Below are positions 1 through 16,748 of a stretch of DNA of 64,000 bases, in pieces. The stretch is from assembly GCF_009914755.1 (NCBI RefSeq), contig NC_060934.1; one strand, given 5' to 3'. Origin of the DNA: the human T2T-CHM13v2.0 reference genome, Homo sapiens. Position 1 is the stretch's first letter; each line of letters opens with the position of its first letter. Under the pieces are notes generated by a model that saw only the letters and a list, made by a program, of their open reading frames with translations, searched no databases and was not told the DNA's origin. The translations under genes were made by a program, and so were the position numbers.

Positions 1-452
1 AGGATAGTATTATAAATGCTTAATTTTATAACCTCCAAATAGTGATATTGTATTGCTCCTTATTGTGATGGATAAATTATAAGACATATGTGTTTAACTG
101 GTTTGGTGGCAAGTCTGTTTACAGAAATTTGCTGTTAATTTCTCAGTTGTTCACATGAACTTATCTGATTTATAGCTTTGGCCAGCAATTTACAAAGAAA
201 CTTCAGTCTGTAGGGCTTCCTGTTGCTCTGAGTGGGGGCTCCTTCTACCCCTGTTCAACTTCAGTCAGCCCATGGTCTATAGTATACCTCTCACAAGGTC
301 CTTATACTGCAGATCCTCTCTGCTGCAGATGCTTGGGCTTTTGCCTTAAGCACACTGGTGTAATTAGAAGAAGTAGAAAAGAAGAGAAAGGGTGAATAAT
401 AAGAGATGAGAGGATTTAAAAATGGTTGAAACAGGAGTTGTGAAGTTTGAGT

Positions 453-1326
<874 letters not shown>

Positions 1327-1449
1327 TAGGAGGTCTGTGGCTTCCATTATCTTCTTTAAGATAGACTTGAAAATTAAAGGTTTTTCTCATCAAGGACTTA
1401 AGAAGGAAAGGCTTAAACATTTTTTTTTTGACTCAAGATCAAACTAAAT

Positions 1450-2115
<666 letters not shown>

Positions 2116-2117
2116 TA

Positions 2118-2118
<1 letters not shown>

Positions 2119-2173
<55 letters not shown>

Positions 2174-2185
2174 TATATATATATA
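2119..2185. repeat. (TG)n(TA)n microsatellite, ~21 TA units
   Basis: Read directly from the sequence. Confidence 0.95.
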
Positions 2186-2186
2186 A

Positions 2187-2305
2187 TTTTTTGTAGAGAC
2201 AGGGTCTTACTTTGTTGCCCAGGCTGGTCTTGAACTCCTGGGCTCAAGTGATCAGCCTGCCTCCTAAAGTGCTGGGATTACCAGCATGAGACACCGTACC
2301 TGACT
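2187..2305 (-). mobile_element. FLAM-type Alu monomer (copy of the one at ~16600)
   Basis: Left-monomer Alu sequence sharing a private deletion and flank with 16633-16776. Confidence 0.9.
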
Positions 2306-2811
2306 GGAGGAACTACGTTTTTGATATGGTACTCAGAGAACTGAGTGCAGTACAGAAGCTTATACACCCCCTTTTTTTTATAGGGAAGTGGGGAAATGGA
2401 GAATGTAGACAGTTCTTTTGAGGGCCAGTAAATCATTTAGGTGGGAGGCAGACATTGTGGGAAGGTGAGAGGTGAAGCTGCAGGTTGTCTTACCATGCAG
2501 ATGAAGGCCCCCTGGGTAATCTGTTGGAGCTGCCCTGGGAAGAATAGATGAAGTCTTTCTGGGCAGTAATGATCATGACTTCCAGCTTCTTCTCATGTAG
2601 TCGACCTTTCCTGATCATTTGATGAGATCCCTAGGAAGGGAGTTTAAGACAATTGCATTTCTTTTGGAAAGAAGCTTTTTTGGGCTGATAAGGAAATACC
2701 AGAGAGAGCCCCTCTCTGCGCTGGGGTGGGGGACACGACAAGTTAGAGGGATCTTGATTGTGAGGCAGCTTCTAAGGCCTTTAAGCATGTCTAAGTGCCA
2801 GTCTTTGGGGG

Positions 2812-3788
2812 TGTGGTTTGAGAGACCAAAATAGATGCCCCTTTATTAACTAGGACACATCTTAAGGTTAAGGAAACAAAGTTACCTATCGGTAGAAAGT
2901 TCAGGGCCCTGCTGGTGTGGCAAATTTCTAAATTCCTATGGCTACAAGAAAAATCACTCTTATTAAACTCTCTAACAATAGGAGCTTTCAGACAAATTAT
3001 CACAATTCTGATTTACAGCCCAGACTACTACAACTCTGGACAGAATTCCCAACTTAGAAACATTCTTTTCTTTTCTTTTTTTTCTTCTTTGAGACAGAGT
3101 CTCACTCTGTCACCCAGGCTGGAGTGCAGTGGCACAATCTTGGCTTACTACAACCTCCACCTCCCATGTTCAAGAAATTCTCCAGCCTCAGCCTCCAGTG
3201 CGGACCACTATGCCTGGGTAATTTTTGTATTTTTAGTGGAGATGGGGTTTCGCTATGTTGGCCAGGCTGTTCTTTAACTCCTGACCTCAGGTGATCTGCC
3301 TGCCTCAGCCTTCCAAAGTACTGGGATTACAGGCATGAACCACTGTACCCAGCCCTTAGAAACATTCTTTTCTGATAAGCTTTATAGACCTTGAGTTTCA
3401 ACCAGCTTTAGAGGCTGGGCACAAATTGTCTTTGCATCGTATAGTTTTTATCTTTTGATGTAAAGAGCCAAATTCCACCTTATTTTAATGCTAAAGCCCC
3501 ACCCCAAAGTGAGCATAGGATGTATATTACACATATGTTTACCCATTGCACGTGCGCTCAGCTCTTCTCGTAAATATGAATAGCTTTCCCCTAAATCTGC
3601 TGAATATATATGATTCTGTTGTGTAATATGGGCCCTGTGAGGCATAAAACCCAACCTATCCTTCCCCTGTTTGAAGACAGAGCACCTTTGGTTTGCACTG
3701 GAGACTTTTTCTTCGCTGGTTGCAAACCCATATTCCCAGTAAAGCTCTCCTTTCTACTACGTAGCTTCTGGTTATCTTTTGGATGACA
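2812..3788 (+). mobile_element. MER72-like ERV1 solo LTR
   Basis: TG...CA ends, gggg TSD (2808-2811 / 3789-3792), internal aaggttaaggaaacaaagttacc and cataaaacccaacc, degenerate polyA signal agtaaagctctcc. Confidence 0.7.
3071..3354 (-). mobile_element. Alu (AluS) with small internal deletion
   Basis: 18-bp TSD cttagaaacattcttttc at 3053-3070 and 3355-3372. Confidence 0.95.
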
Positions 3789-3854
3789 GGGGTATTGCTT
3801 TCTGGGCCCCAACACTGGGAAGCAGCACTTAACCATTGTAAGCAAGGAGAAGGG

Positions 3855-4143
3855 TGTATTAATTTTCTGTTTTTCAGATAACAAATTGACACAAATTTAG
3901 CAGCTTTAAAACAATACCCTTTTATTATCTTATAGTTCTATAGGCCAGAAATCTGATACAGTGTGTCTCACTCAGCTGGTTCTCAGCTCCAGGTTTTACA
4001 AGGCAGAAATCAAGATGCTGGGAGGATAGTGTATGTTCCTTTCTGGAGGCTCTAGGGGTGAATGTTTCCAAGCTCTTTCTGGTTGTTAGCTGAATTCAGT
4101 TACTTGCAGTTGTAGGACTGAGGTTCCCATTTACTTGCTGGCT
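3855..4143 (-). mobile_element. MLT1 (ERVL-MaLR) LTR fragment
   Basis: tgtattaattttctg..taacaaattgacacaaatttagcagctttaaaacaa..ctttctggaggctctagggg..gttgtaggactgaggttcc. Confidence 0.75.
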
Positions 4144-4151
4144 TTTTGGGA

Positions 4152-4205
4152 AGTGGTGTTTACCTGTTTAATCTCAGTGGTGTTTACCTGTTTAATCTCA
4201 GTGGT
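4152..4205. repeat. Perfect 24-bp tandem duplication (2.25 copies)
   Basis: agtggtgtttacctgtttaatctc twice, then agtggt. Confidence 0.95.
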
Positions 4206-4274
4206 ATGTGTAGTTATATGGGATTGTGTGTTTTAAATTGATCTCTTTTGTACCTTTCCTTTCTATTCCTTTGA

Positions 4275-4691
<417 letters not shown>

Positions 4692-4739
4692 TGAGCACTT
4701 AAGTCTATACATTTTTCTCAGAATACCTTTTTTGTGTGA

Positions 4740-5109
<370 letters not shown>

Positions 5110-5470
5110 TAAATTTCTTTTATGGTTTCTTTTTGACCTGTTGATTGTTTGGGAATTGTTTAGAAATACGGGTTTTTAAAAAGCTATTTTTTCTTTGATT
5201 GTACATTGTGGTCAGAGAATAAGTTCCATGTGATATCTATGCTTAGAAATTTTTTAGATTTATATTTTGCCAGTACATGACTACTTTTGTAATGTTTTAT
5301 GTATATTTGATAAAAATATAGATTATCTAATTATTGGATGCAGAAATTCATATATTCCATATATCATTATATGATCCATACATATTCAAGCTTGTTAATT
5401 ATTATTTCCTGAATATAATCTTTGTTTATTTATATGCTTGACTGGTCAGTAATAGAAAAATGTTGTGTCA

Positions 5471-5825
<355 letters not shown>

Positions 5826-6069
5826 TTAGGTTTGTCCATTTTTTTCCAGATTTTTTTGGCTTGATATATTTTGAGACTATTTTATTAGATGCACATACTT
5901 TTAAAATTACTTTGTCTTACTGGTAATGTGAACTTAAATAATTTTGTTATGATCCTTTCTTTCCTAGTTGATCATCTTTTAGTTTAAAGTTTATCTGATA
6001 ACAATTACATGTAGTTAAACTTCTTTCTTTTGGTCAACATTTGACCAATATGTCCTTTTTCCTTCTTTC

Positions 6070-6249
6070 ACTTTTTTTATTTTTATTTTTAGAGTTGGGG
6101 TCTGGATATATTGCCCAGGCAGAAGTACAGTGACTGTTTATAGGCATGATGATAGCACACTACATCCTCTAACTTGTGGCCTCAAGCGATCTTCCCGTCT
6201 TAGCCTCCTGAGTAGCTGGGACTACAGATGTTAGCCATCACACTCAGCT
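6070..6249 (-). mobile_element. Alu monomer (FAM/FRAM-like)
   Basis: ttgcccaggc..cctcaagcgatcttcc..gagtagctgggactacag. Confidence 0.8.
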
Positions 6250-6311
6250 TCTTTCACATTTATACATTAGGAGTCCTTTTGCTTTTTATATGTCTTTTAT
6301 AATAGCCATTA

Positions 6312-6710
<399 letters not shown>

Positions 6711-6719
6711 AAAAATTGA

Positions 6720-7007
6720 GGCCAGGTGCAGTGGCTCACGCCTGTAATCCCAGCACTTTGGGAGGCTGAGGTGGGTGGATCATGGTCAGGAGTTTGAGAC
6801 CAGTCTGGCCAATATAGTGAAACCCCGTCTCTACTAAAAATACAAAAATTAGCTGGGCATGGTGGCTCATGCCTGTAGTCCCAGCTACTTGGGAGGCTAA
6901 GGCCAGAGAATCACTTGAACCCGGAGGTTGCAGTGAGCCGAGATCGTACCACTGCACTCCAGCTTGGGTGACAGAGTGAGACTTCATCTCAAAAAAAAAA
7001 AAAAAAA
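6720..7007 (+). mobile_element. Alu (AluS)
   Basis: Full length; TSD aaaaattgag. Confidence 0.95.
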
Positions 7008-7164
7008 TTGAGTGCCTTTTACCCAGAGCCTCACCAACAGAATTGCCAAACTTTTGATTTTTTCTTTTTTTGCCAGTTTGATCACTAAATAGTGATGTTT
7101 CATCTTACCTCGAATTTTTTTTTTTCATGAGTGAAGTTGAGCATCTTGTTTAAAAACATTTGTG

Positions 7165-7452
7165 GCCAAGTGAAGTGCTCAGGTCTGTAATCCCAGCAAG
7201 TTGGGAGGCTGAGGCAGAGGATTGCTTGAAACCAGGAATTTGAGATCAGCCCAGGCAATGTAGGGAGACCCCGTCTCTAAAAAATAAAAATTAAACTGGT
7301 GTGGTATTATGTACTTGTAGTCCCAGCTATTCAGAAGGCTCAGGGAGGAGGATCACTTGAGCCCAGGAGTTTAAGGCTGCAATGAGTTATTATTGCACCA
7401 CTGCACCCAACCTGGGTGACAGAGTTAGACTAGATCTCTTAAAACAAACAAA
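7165..7452 (+). mobile_element. Alu (AluJ)
   Basis: Diverged dimer with the J-type gaggatcacttgagcccaggag motif. Confidence 0.9.
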
Positions 7453-7545
7453 AAGTTTACTTTTCTCTTTTCTGTAAAATGTCTGTTCATATCGTCTCTA
7501 CCACACTTATTTTTTTGGTGGGATTGTGTCTTTTTAGTGATATCT

Positions 7546-7813
7546 GTGTTTTTTTGTTTTTTGTTTTTTGTTTTGGAGCCAGGGTCTTGCTCACTGCAAC
7601 CTCCACCTTCCTCAAGCGATTCTCCTGCCTCAGCCTCCCAAGTAGCTGGGACTACAGGCATGTGCCACCATGCCCGGCTAATTTTTTGTATTTTTAGTAG
7701 AGATGGGGTTTCACTGTGTTAGCCAGGATGGTATGGATCTCCTGACCTTGTGATCTACCCGCCTTGGCCTCCCAAAGTGCTGGGATTACAGGCGTGAGCC
7801 ACCGCGCCCGGCC
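7546..7813 (-). mobile_element. Alu (AluSc/Y-like) with internal deletions
   Basis: Ends gagccaccgcgcccggcc; right arm lacks the aggctggagtgcagtgg segment. Confidence 0.9.
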
Positions 7814-7825
7814 TTAAACAAGTTT

Positions 7826-7827
<2 letters not shown>

Positions 7828-7863
<36 letters not shown>
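7828..7863. repeat. (CA)n microsatellite, ~17-18 units
   Basis: Read directly from the sequence. Confidence 0.97.
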
Positions 7864-7864
<1 letters not shown>

Positions 7865-7867
<3 letters not shown>

Positions 7868-7986
7868 TTTAGAGTTGGGGCTTGCCTTGTAGCCCAGGCT
7901 GGTGTCTAACTTCTGGCCTCAAGTATTTCTCCCACCTTGGCCTTCCAGATAGTTTGGATTATGGGTGTTTACCCCTATGCCCAGCT
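7865..7986 (-). mobile_element. FLAM-type Alu monomer
   Basis: gcccaggctggtgtctaacttctggcctcaag..ccaccttggcc. Confidence 0.8.
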
Positions 7987-8410
7987 CTAAATAAGTTTTA
8001 ATGCCAACCATCACTTCTATTTGTAGAGATTCCTAATGCCACCCAGTGTAATGCTTTTGGGGCTATGGCAGTGTAAATTTGGTTTTCTCACTGCTGTTTA
8101 TAATTCAGCTTTCTTGGGTCTATTGAGTTGATCACTGCACCTCACTCTGCTTTCCACTGTCCAAAATTTTGTCACCATTATTTTTTTGTTTTTCTTGTCT
8201 TTCAGAGTTTTAGTGAGGTTTCAGGAGGAATCAGAAGTTCATGCATGTATTAAGTCCTTTGGTTTTACTGAAAGTTTGACACATATTTTGAATTGTAGTT
8301 ATTTTGTCTTTCCTAATTTAGATGCAAAATTAAGTTGTCTAGTGAGATACTCAGTTAATCAAGTTGAGATATTAAGGGTTACAAAAAGGTTTACCACACT
8401 GGTTTATATA

Positions 8411-8526
8411 CAGGTTAAGTATCCATAATTTGAAAATTTGAAATTCATAATGCTCCAAAATCTGAAACATTTTGTGAGCCGACAAGAGACTCAAAAGAAA
8501 TTTTGAATAAGGTATACTCAACTTGG
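8411..8526. mobile_element. MER46/Tigger4 (Zombi) MITE, internally deleted
   Basis: Degenerate TIRs caggttaagtatcc / ggtatactcaacttg; internal aatgctccaaaatctgaaac. Confidence 0.75.
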
Positions 8527-8699
8527 ATAATATTCATTTGAAGCATGTAAAGGAAATAATGGCTGTTATGTGTTATACACAAATGTGAAGATAGTGTTGA
8601 TTTGATGCTTTACTTTTGATAATGTTGATCTGATGCCCTGGTTTTGATCACTTAACAGATACCCATGTGCTTTGTGGGAAGTTGAGTTCTTCTTATGCT

Positions 8700-9060
8700 C
8701 ATGGGCTGAGCCCGAATTAATCCAAATCAGTAATGGTAATTTTATGCCCTCTCCCATTGATTTGATAGTGAGTGGCCTTGAGAGCCAGTTCATTGGGGGA
8801 AGTTCCCCACTTTTTTGGTAAAGAAACATAAGCAAGGGGAAGGCAGTCTCTCTTATGATCCTAGACATTAAATTGTTACTTGCAACTAGTGTAGCTACTT
8901 TGAAACCGTTAGGGGACAAAAAGTCATCACACTAAAGATGACACAGGAAAAACAAGGAAAGAACTTAGGTCCATGATCTTGATGAGGCATCATAAATTAC
9001 CTATCCCTGGAGCTGCTGTAGCTCTGGACTTTTTGTTATATGAGATAATAATTCCTCAGA
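8700..9060 (+). mobile_element. Old MLT1 (J/K/L-like) LTR fragment
   Basis: aagaacttaggtcc..ccctggagctg..ctctggactttttgttatatgagataataa resembles the 3' part of old MaLR LTRs. Confidence 0.5.
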
Positions 9061-11049
9061 TTGACTTAGAATACCAATCAAAATAACTATTATTTTAGCT
9101 AGCTAAGAAAAAAAATCTGAGTAAATACCATAAGGTTCAGATTACATAAATATGAAGATCAAAACTGCAAGTTTTCTGAGAAGTTAGTTATTATTGTTTT
9201 TTACTAATATGAGCTGCATTGGAAATTTATTTTCTTTTTAAAAAATTATTGCTGTCTTTGTCCATAACTTTTATGGACCTGACATTTTAGTTGTTTGGAA
9301 AAATTGGTAATTTTAATCTTTTGTTTTGGTATGATTCAGGTTGACCTGACATTTTAATACATCTGGCTCCTAGGACTGATTAAAGAGACATTTTATTTGT
9401 TGAAATATGCACATTTTCTTCATGAAATTGGTTTTCTTTTTTATGTGTGACTTTTCTTGCAAAAGCTTACAAGGCACATGCTTTTGATAGCAGTGTTACA
9501 TTTTTAATTAATATTTTAGATGTAAAAGGTGACAGTTTAAAAGATTGTTGTATTAGTGGGTTATCCTTAAAAGCAAGTGGCATTTGGTTTTATTTTACAA
9601 TAGAGTTTAATCTTACATGTTTTTTGTTAAAGTAATGTTACCAAAAAATCTCTTATTGAACTATTTGTGGTGAACTTTTTAAGGATGTTTAAGATTTCAC
9701 ATGCAGTTTAACTGATCACAGATGAAGTTGTAAATTAATACCTCATGAGCGTATTTGACTGCAGGGCATTGTTGTGAATCAAAACCGCTTTGTTCCTGTA
9801 AACTGTGAAAGGGGTTTAAGCATATGGATTAAAATTGCATGGTGATACCGAAGTACTTATGAAAAGACACTGTAGTTGGATCATTTAAAATGTACTAAAA
9901 TATTACGAATAGCCATAAAATATAATAATTCCCTGAAGCTTTTAAGAGTGGTAAGATTTAGTTTTATTTCTTTGTTGGATTTAACTACTTTAATAAGAAA
10001 TTGTTTTGTTGCTTTTGGAACTATGCATAGTAATGAGAATAACCATGATGATGAGAACACTGGAAGCTTCCCAGAAAACATGTATTTCTTCAGAAATGTT
10101 CTTGGTTGTGACAAATATATATATGAAGCTTTTCCTTGTTCCCATCTGAGTCATTCCCTTACCAGAACCTTTAGAATGAAAGGTTTAATGATATCTTCTA
10201 GTATAAGATTATGAAATGAGCATTGTTTAGTGTAAAATCATATTTTTCTTTTGCTGTTAATTTTGTCTTATAGTATATGAAAATCACCTGGTGTAGAATG
10301 TATTTTTCCTGCCATAAGAAACTGTCAAGAATCTATTGAAAAAATACCATGAGAGTAGTTGTTCTGGATGACAATGGTAGGTTCTGATTTACTGACGTAG
10401 AAGCAAGCTTCAGTTAGCCACTTTAGTCATAGGTAAACACTAGATTAGCCTAAGGAAAAATTGTTGGGAAGCTTTTGGAGTTCTCATCTGTGTCACTGTT
10501 TTAGATCTCTTCAAGTTCTTTGAAAATTTTGGTACCTCCCTGTTTAACAAATATTCTGTTTTCTGCTATCTAATTAGTTCTCATGTAGATGACGTTTCTA
10601 ATACTAATTACCACACTTTCTTGGACTCCTCTTTTATAACGACCTTTATCTCCATTCCATTTGATCAACTGTTTTTTAGGACTATGTTCTGAACCTACTT
10701 CCTACCCAGGACTGCTTTAAAAAAAGTAATCTATGTTAGCTTCCTGTTTGGCTTCTTCCTAGTTTGACTTTACTCTCTATATACAGCCTGAGTGGCATGC
10801 TCGGTTATTTCAGCTACATCTTACCATTACTCAGTTCTCTCTCCCTTTTGACCTTGCTGGTTTCTAAATCTGGGTCAATTTGTGTGCCTTGCTTCTTGAC
10901 TTGATATTACAATTAACTTATTTTGTCATACTAGATGTTTTCAGCCATCTTTGATCCCCAGGTTGCTCACCAACTCTTATTATCCTTTGAAATGACTCTC
11001 AAATCTTACCCCTCTTTTTGACTTTTATGTTTGTTGCCCTCATCTTCAT

Positions 11050-11977
<928 letters not shown>

Positions 11978-12409
11978 CCTTCATCTCTTACATTAGGTGC
12001 CATAGCACTCACCTCTGTGGCTCTGTTTCTTCTATCCCAACAGCACATGAGGGATTGGGTCCCCTTCCATCTCTCCAACTCCCTACTCCTACTACCACAT
12101 AAATTAACAGAAACTCCCTTTAGTAGTAATTCTCAAATGAGGTGCCAAATCTTGGTCTGTATGGAATGTGTATTTGGTTTTAAAAAAATTCTAAAAGTGA
12201 TTCTCTTCTGAGGTCCTAAAGGGTCTTTTGCAGGACTTCCTCAAATTCGTCTTTTACAATGCTATAGGAGTCATCTTTGTGAAACATAGATTTACTCATT
12301 TTACAACTGTGTAACAACTTATTTTTTGCCAAGTATTGGGATAGCTACTGGAGTTAGTAAAGTGAATATTAGGGTGCTTACTTTTGAGAAAAATGCTAAT
12401 AATATAGTA

Positions 12410-12565
12410 TAGCCATCATTTACTGGAACTTTTTTAAGTGCTAGGCACTTCATGTATTTATCCTTATAATAGTCCTTCAGTGTAGATATTATTAGCCACT
12501 GTACAGATGAGCAGCCATTCTCAGAATTCTGAGGACTCACATAGTAATTCATTAGGCAAGTGATA
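12410..12565 (+). mobile_element. MIR fragment within L2-like remnants
   Basis: catttactg..gtgctaggcact..attattagccactgtacagatgag. Confidence 0.55.
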
Positions 12566-12927
12566 AGCTTTATGATAAATACTTGAAAGGGACCTCTAAG
12601 AGCATAGAGGAGGGATATCTAGTTTAGAGTTGGAAGATTAACAGAATAGGCTTCACAGAGAAGATGATGTATTAAGCTGAGTATTTAAAGACAAGTAGGA
12701 ACTTAGACAAAATGATAGATTGGAAAATGAGTGTGTGGCATGGTTATATTTGTGAATAGTCTTTGTACAGAGATATAAGAGAAGCATTTTATGAGAACAC
12801 CTGGTGCTCACTTAGGCAACACATATACTAAAGTTGGAGAACAGCTCAATATGACTGAAGCATAGTATGTGAGATGGGGAATTTAGAGTGGTTTAGATAT
12901 AAAGACATTAAACTAGGTTGTATTTTA

Positions 12928-13110
<183 letters not shown>

Positions 13111-13451
13111 TTAGACTGCTGGAATAGTCCAAATAAGAAATCAGGAGGCCTTGAAACGTGTCAGTGGGATTAAAGAGGAGAGAGGTGGAATTGAAGGTTA
13201 TCTGGTAGGTGCAATCAACAGACTTAGTGGTTTAAAAAGTGAGTGAGAGGTTATAGTCAGGTTGGGACTATGTATTAATCCTTTATTTTTTTAATTTACT
13301 GTACTGTACTATGTATTATTGTTAATATCCTTTATTTCAGATTGACATATACCCTTAAATATTCTTAAGATCATATCCTTAAGGTCTTAATAGTCTCTGA
13401 ATAAATATTGGTATAAGCTGCTTCCTAAATGATTTCCCATTTATTTACTGG

Positions 13452-13751
13452 TGTTTTTATATATCTATTTAGAGACTGAATCTCACTATGTTGCCCAGGC
13501 TAGAGTGCAGGAGCATGATCATAGCTTACTGTAACCTCACACTCTTGGGTTCAAGTGATTCTCCTGCCTCAGCTTCCCAAGCAGCTAGGACTACAAGTGT
13601 GTGCCACCACACCTGGCTCATTTTTTAATTTTTGCAGAGACAGACTCTTGCTATGTTGCTCAGACTGGTCTCAAACTCCTGGCCTAAAGCGATCCTTCAG
13701 TCCCTGCCTCCCAAAGCAGTGGGACTGCAGGTGCGAGTCACCATGGCTGGC
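13452..13751 (-). mobile_element. Alu (AluJ)
   Basis: Diverged antisense dimer. Confidence 0.9.
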
Positions 13752-14149
13752 TTGAGGAGTGTTTTTTAAAACATCCTGGCCAACTGTGAGCATTGAGACA
13801 TCAATTTATCAAGGCTTTACTGAGTGCTCAAGGGCCCAGGCACATTCTAAGTCCTGGAAGAGGGAGCACAGTGGAAGTTCTAGGACTTAGCTATCTAGTT
13901 AAATATCTTCAGTTTAAACAGATTTACTCATTTTACAACTGTGTAACAATTTATTTTTTGGCAGTTTCTGAACTTCCAGTTTTCACGTTCTCTAGTATTG
14001 ACAACAAGCTGATAATCTTGCTAGACACAACAGACTCTTGAGGAAGGAATTATTCATTGTGGTTTATAGACAATGATATTTGAAGTTAACTTGCCCCAGG
14101 GCAGGAGTATGGTTCTTATATAATGTAGGAAAAGGCCAGTCAACACCAG

Positions 14150-14495
14150 ACCTCAGAGCTACCATTTAATGCATTGTGGCAAATGATTCGCATGTATTAT
14201 CACACTTAATGCTCACAAGAATACTACCATGAAATAGTTAATATTTAAAACAAATTTTTTTATTTTTTAAGGAGACTGGGTCTCACTATGTTGCCCAGGC
14301 TTGTCTCGAACCCCTGGGCTCAAGTGATCCTCCCACCTCAGCCTCTTAAAGTTCTGGGATTACAAGCATGAGCCACCGCGAGTGGTCTTTATCATTATTA
14401 TCGCTGTTTTACAGATGAGAAAACTGAGGCACAGAGACCTGCTTATGGTGACAGAAGTAGGAATTGAAAAGATGAGATTTGAATCTAGCTGGTCT
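14150..14495 (+). mobile_element. MIR split by a FLAM (14254-14386, minus strand)
   Basis: MIR core ttttacagatgagaaaactgaggcacagaga and agatttgaatctag; FLAM tctcactatgttgcccaggc..gagccaccgcg. Confidence 0.75.
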
Positions 14496-14584
14496 AATTT
14501 ATCCTGAAGTTCAAGATAGCAATACAAGAATTATGAACATATAAATGGAGTGAGTGGATATGATCACTCAAGATAAATCTCTTG

Positions 14585-14879
<295 letters not shown>

Positions 14880-15136
14880 TCTCTTGGATGAGAAAACTAG
14901 ACTTAGGATTTAAGGAAATCTACGTTAATGGACTGGCCAGAAAAACAAGTCATAAAGGAAAATTAGGAAGTAATCATGAGAGAGGGGGATGTTATGTCCT
15001 ATTACCTGAAGCAGAAATATAAATGGAAAACATATCAGTGTTATTAACTGAAGGGAAAAGAAAATATAAAAATATATCTGTTATAAAATATATTCTGTAT
15101 AAAACTCGAATACCAGATTGTTGTTTGCATTGACGT

Positions 15137-15414
15137 TGCCTGTAATCCCAGCATTTTGGGAGGGTGAGGTGGGAGAGCTCAGGAGTTCAAGACCAGCCTG
15201 GGCAACATGATGAAACTCCATCTCTACAAAAAATTAGCTGGGCATGGTGGTACATGCTTGTAATCCCAGCTACTCAGGAAGCTATAGTGGGAGGATCACT
15301 TGAGCCTGGGAGGTTGAGGCTGCAGTGAGCCATAATGGTGCCACTACACTCCTGCCTGGGGCGATGTACTGAGACCCTGTCTCAAAAAAAAAAAAAAAAA
15401 AAGAGAAAAAAAAA
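15137..15414 (+). mobile_element. Alu (AluJ), 5' eroded
   Basis: gcctgtaatcccagc..gaggatcacttgagcctggg..poly-A. Confidence 0.9.
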
Positions 15415-15731
15415 TTTTTAAGTACTTTTTTACTTAGAACCTTTCAAATGCCATGTTATGTGTCTTTATATACAGAAACCCTGGGCAAAGACAGTATGGC
15501 TCTTTTTTTAAGAATTAGGAGACATGAGTGTAAAGCATATTTGTAAATAACGGGCAATAAAATTAATGCGGAAGGTTTGGCTTACATTATTTGGGGAGGG
15601 AACATATAAAATTCAATATTCAAATTGTTACATCAACTTGAAGTACAGTGAATCATGACTCAGAAAATGTATGAAGATGAGACAAGGTAGTTGCCTATTG
15701 GAATCTTAAATGATACTTTTAGTAGAGATCA

Positions 15732-16083
<352 letters not shown>

Positions 16084-16600
16084 TCATTACAGAGTAAAAA
16101 GTCTTATTACGTTTTTCTGGCCAAAATTTATAAACTTTTAAAATATTTCAGTGAAGTTGAGCTATATTAGAGGTATCTCTTTATGTACCTCTGGAATGGA
16201 ACTTTGATAACTGTTTATTACAGTAGAAAATAGGATCTAAAATGGGTAAGTTCATTATTTCACTTTGCTTTCTTAATATTCATGGAAGGTATTTTGCCGA
16301 AATTATTTTTGGAGAGTATATGAAAAGTAAGTAATATTTTATAAAACTGTATTGCAGCTGATTTGGAGAATGAGTGGCTACTTTGAAAATTGTCAGTAGA
16401 TAGGAAATAAAAATAACAGAATGAAGCAGCTCACACACTTCAGAGTTTATTCTCAATATTGTTGAATTGGGCCATAATGAAGCATAATGCCTGGTTAAAC
16501 TTTATTGCAATTCAAACATCACACCAGAAAGAAATTTTTAAAAACTATATCAACAAATAAATTCACTGAAGTCTGTCTATAGCTTCTTCTAGGAACTACA

Positions 16601-16748
16601 ATTTATTTATTTGTTTATTTTAATATTGTTTTTTGTAGAGACAAGGTCTCACTTTGTTGCCCAGGCTGGTCTTGAACTCCTGGGCTCAAGTGATCAGCCC
16701 GCCTCTGAAAGTGCTGGGATTACAGGCATGAGCCACCGTACCTGGCTG
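16601..16748 (-). mobile_element. FLAM-type Alu monomer with TSD
   Basis: TSD aggaactaca at 16591-16600 and 16750-16759. Confidence 0.9.

Larger units (their letters stand above)
2335..3814 (-). mobile_element. MER31/MER39-group ERV1 LTR, interrupted by another LTR at 2812-3788
   Basis: agcatgtctaagtgccagtctttgggg | ggggtattgctttctgggccccaaca is the reverse complement of the TGTTGGGGCTCAGAAA..ATACCCCAAA start of this LTR group. Confidence 0.65.
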
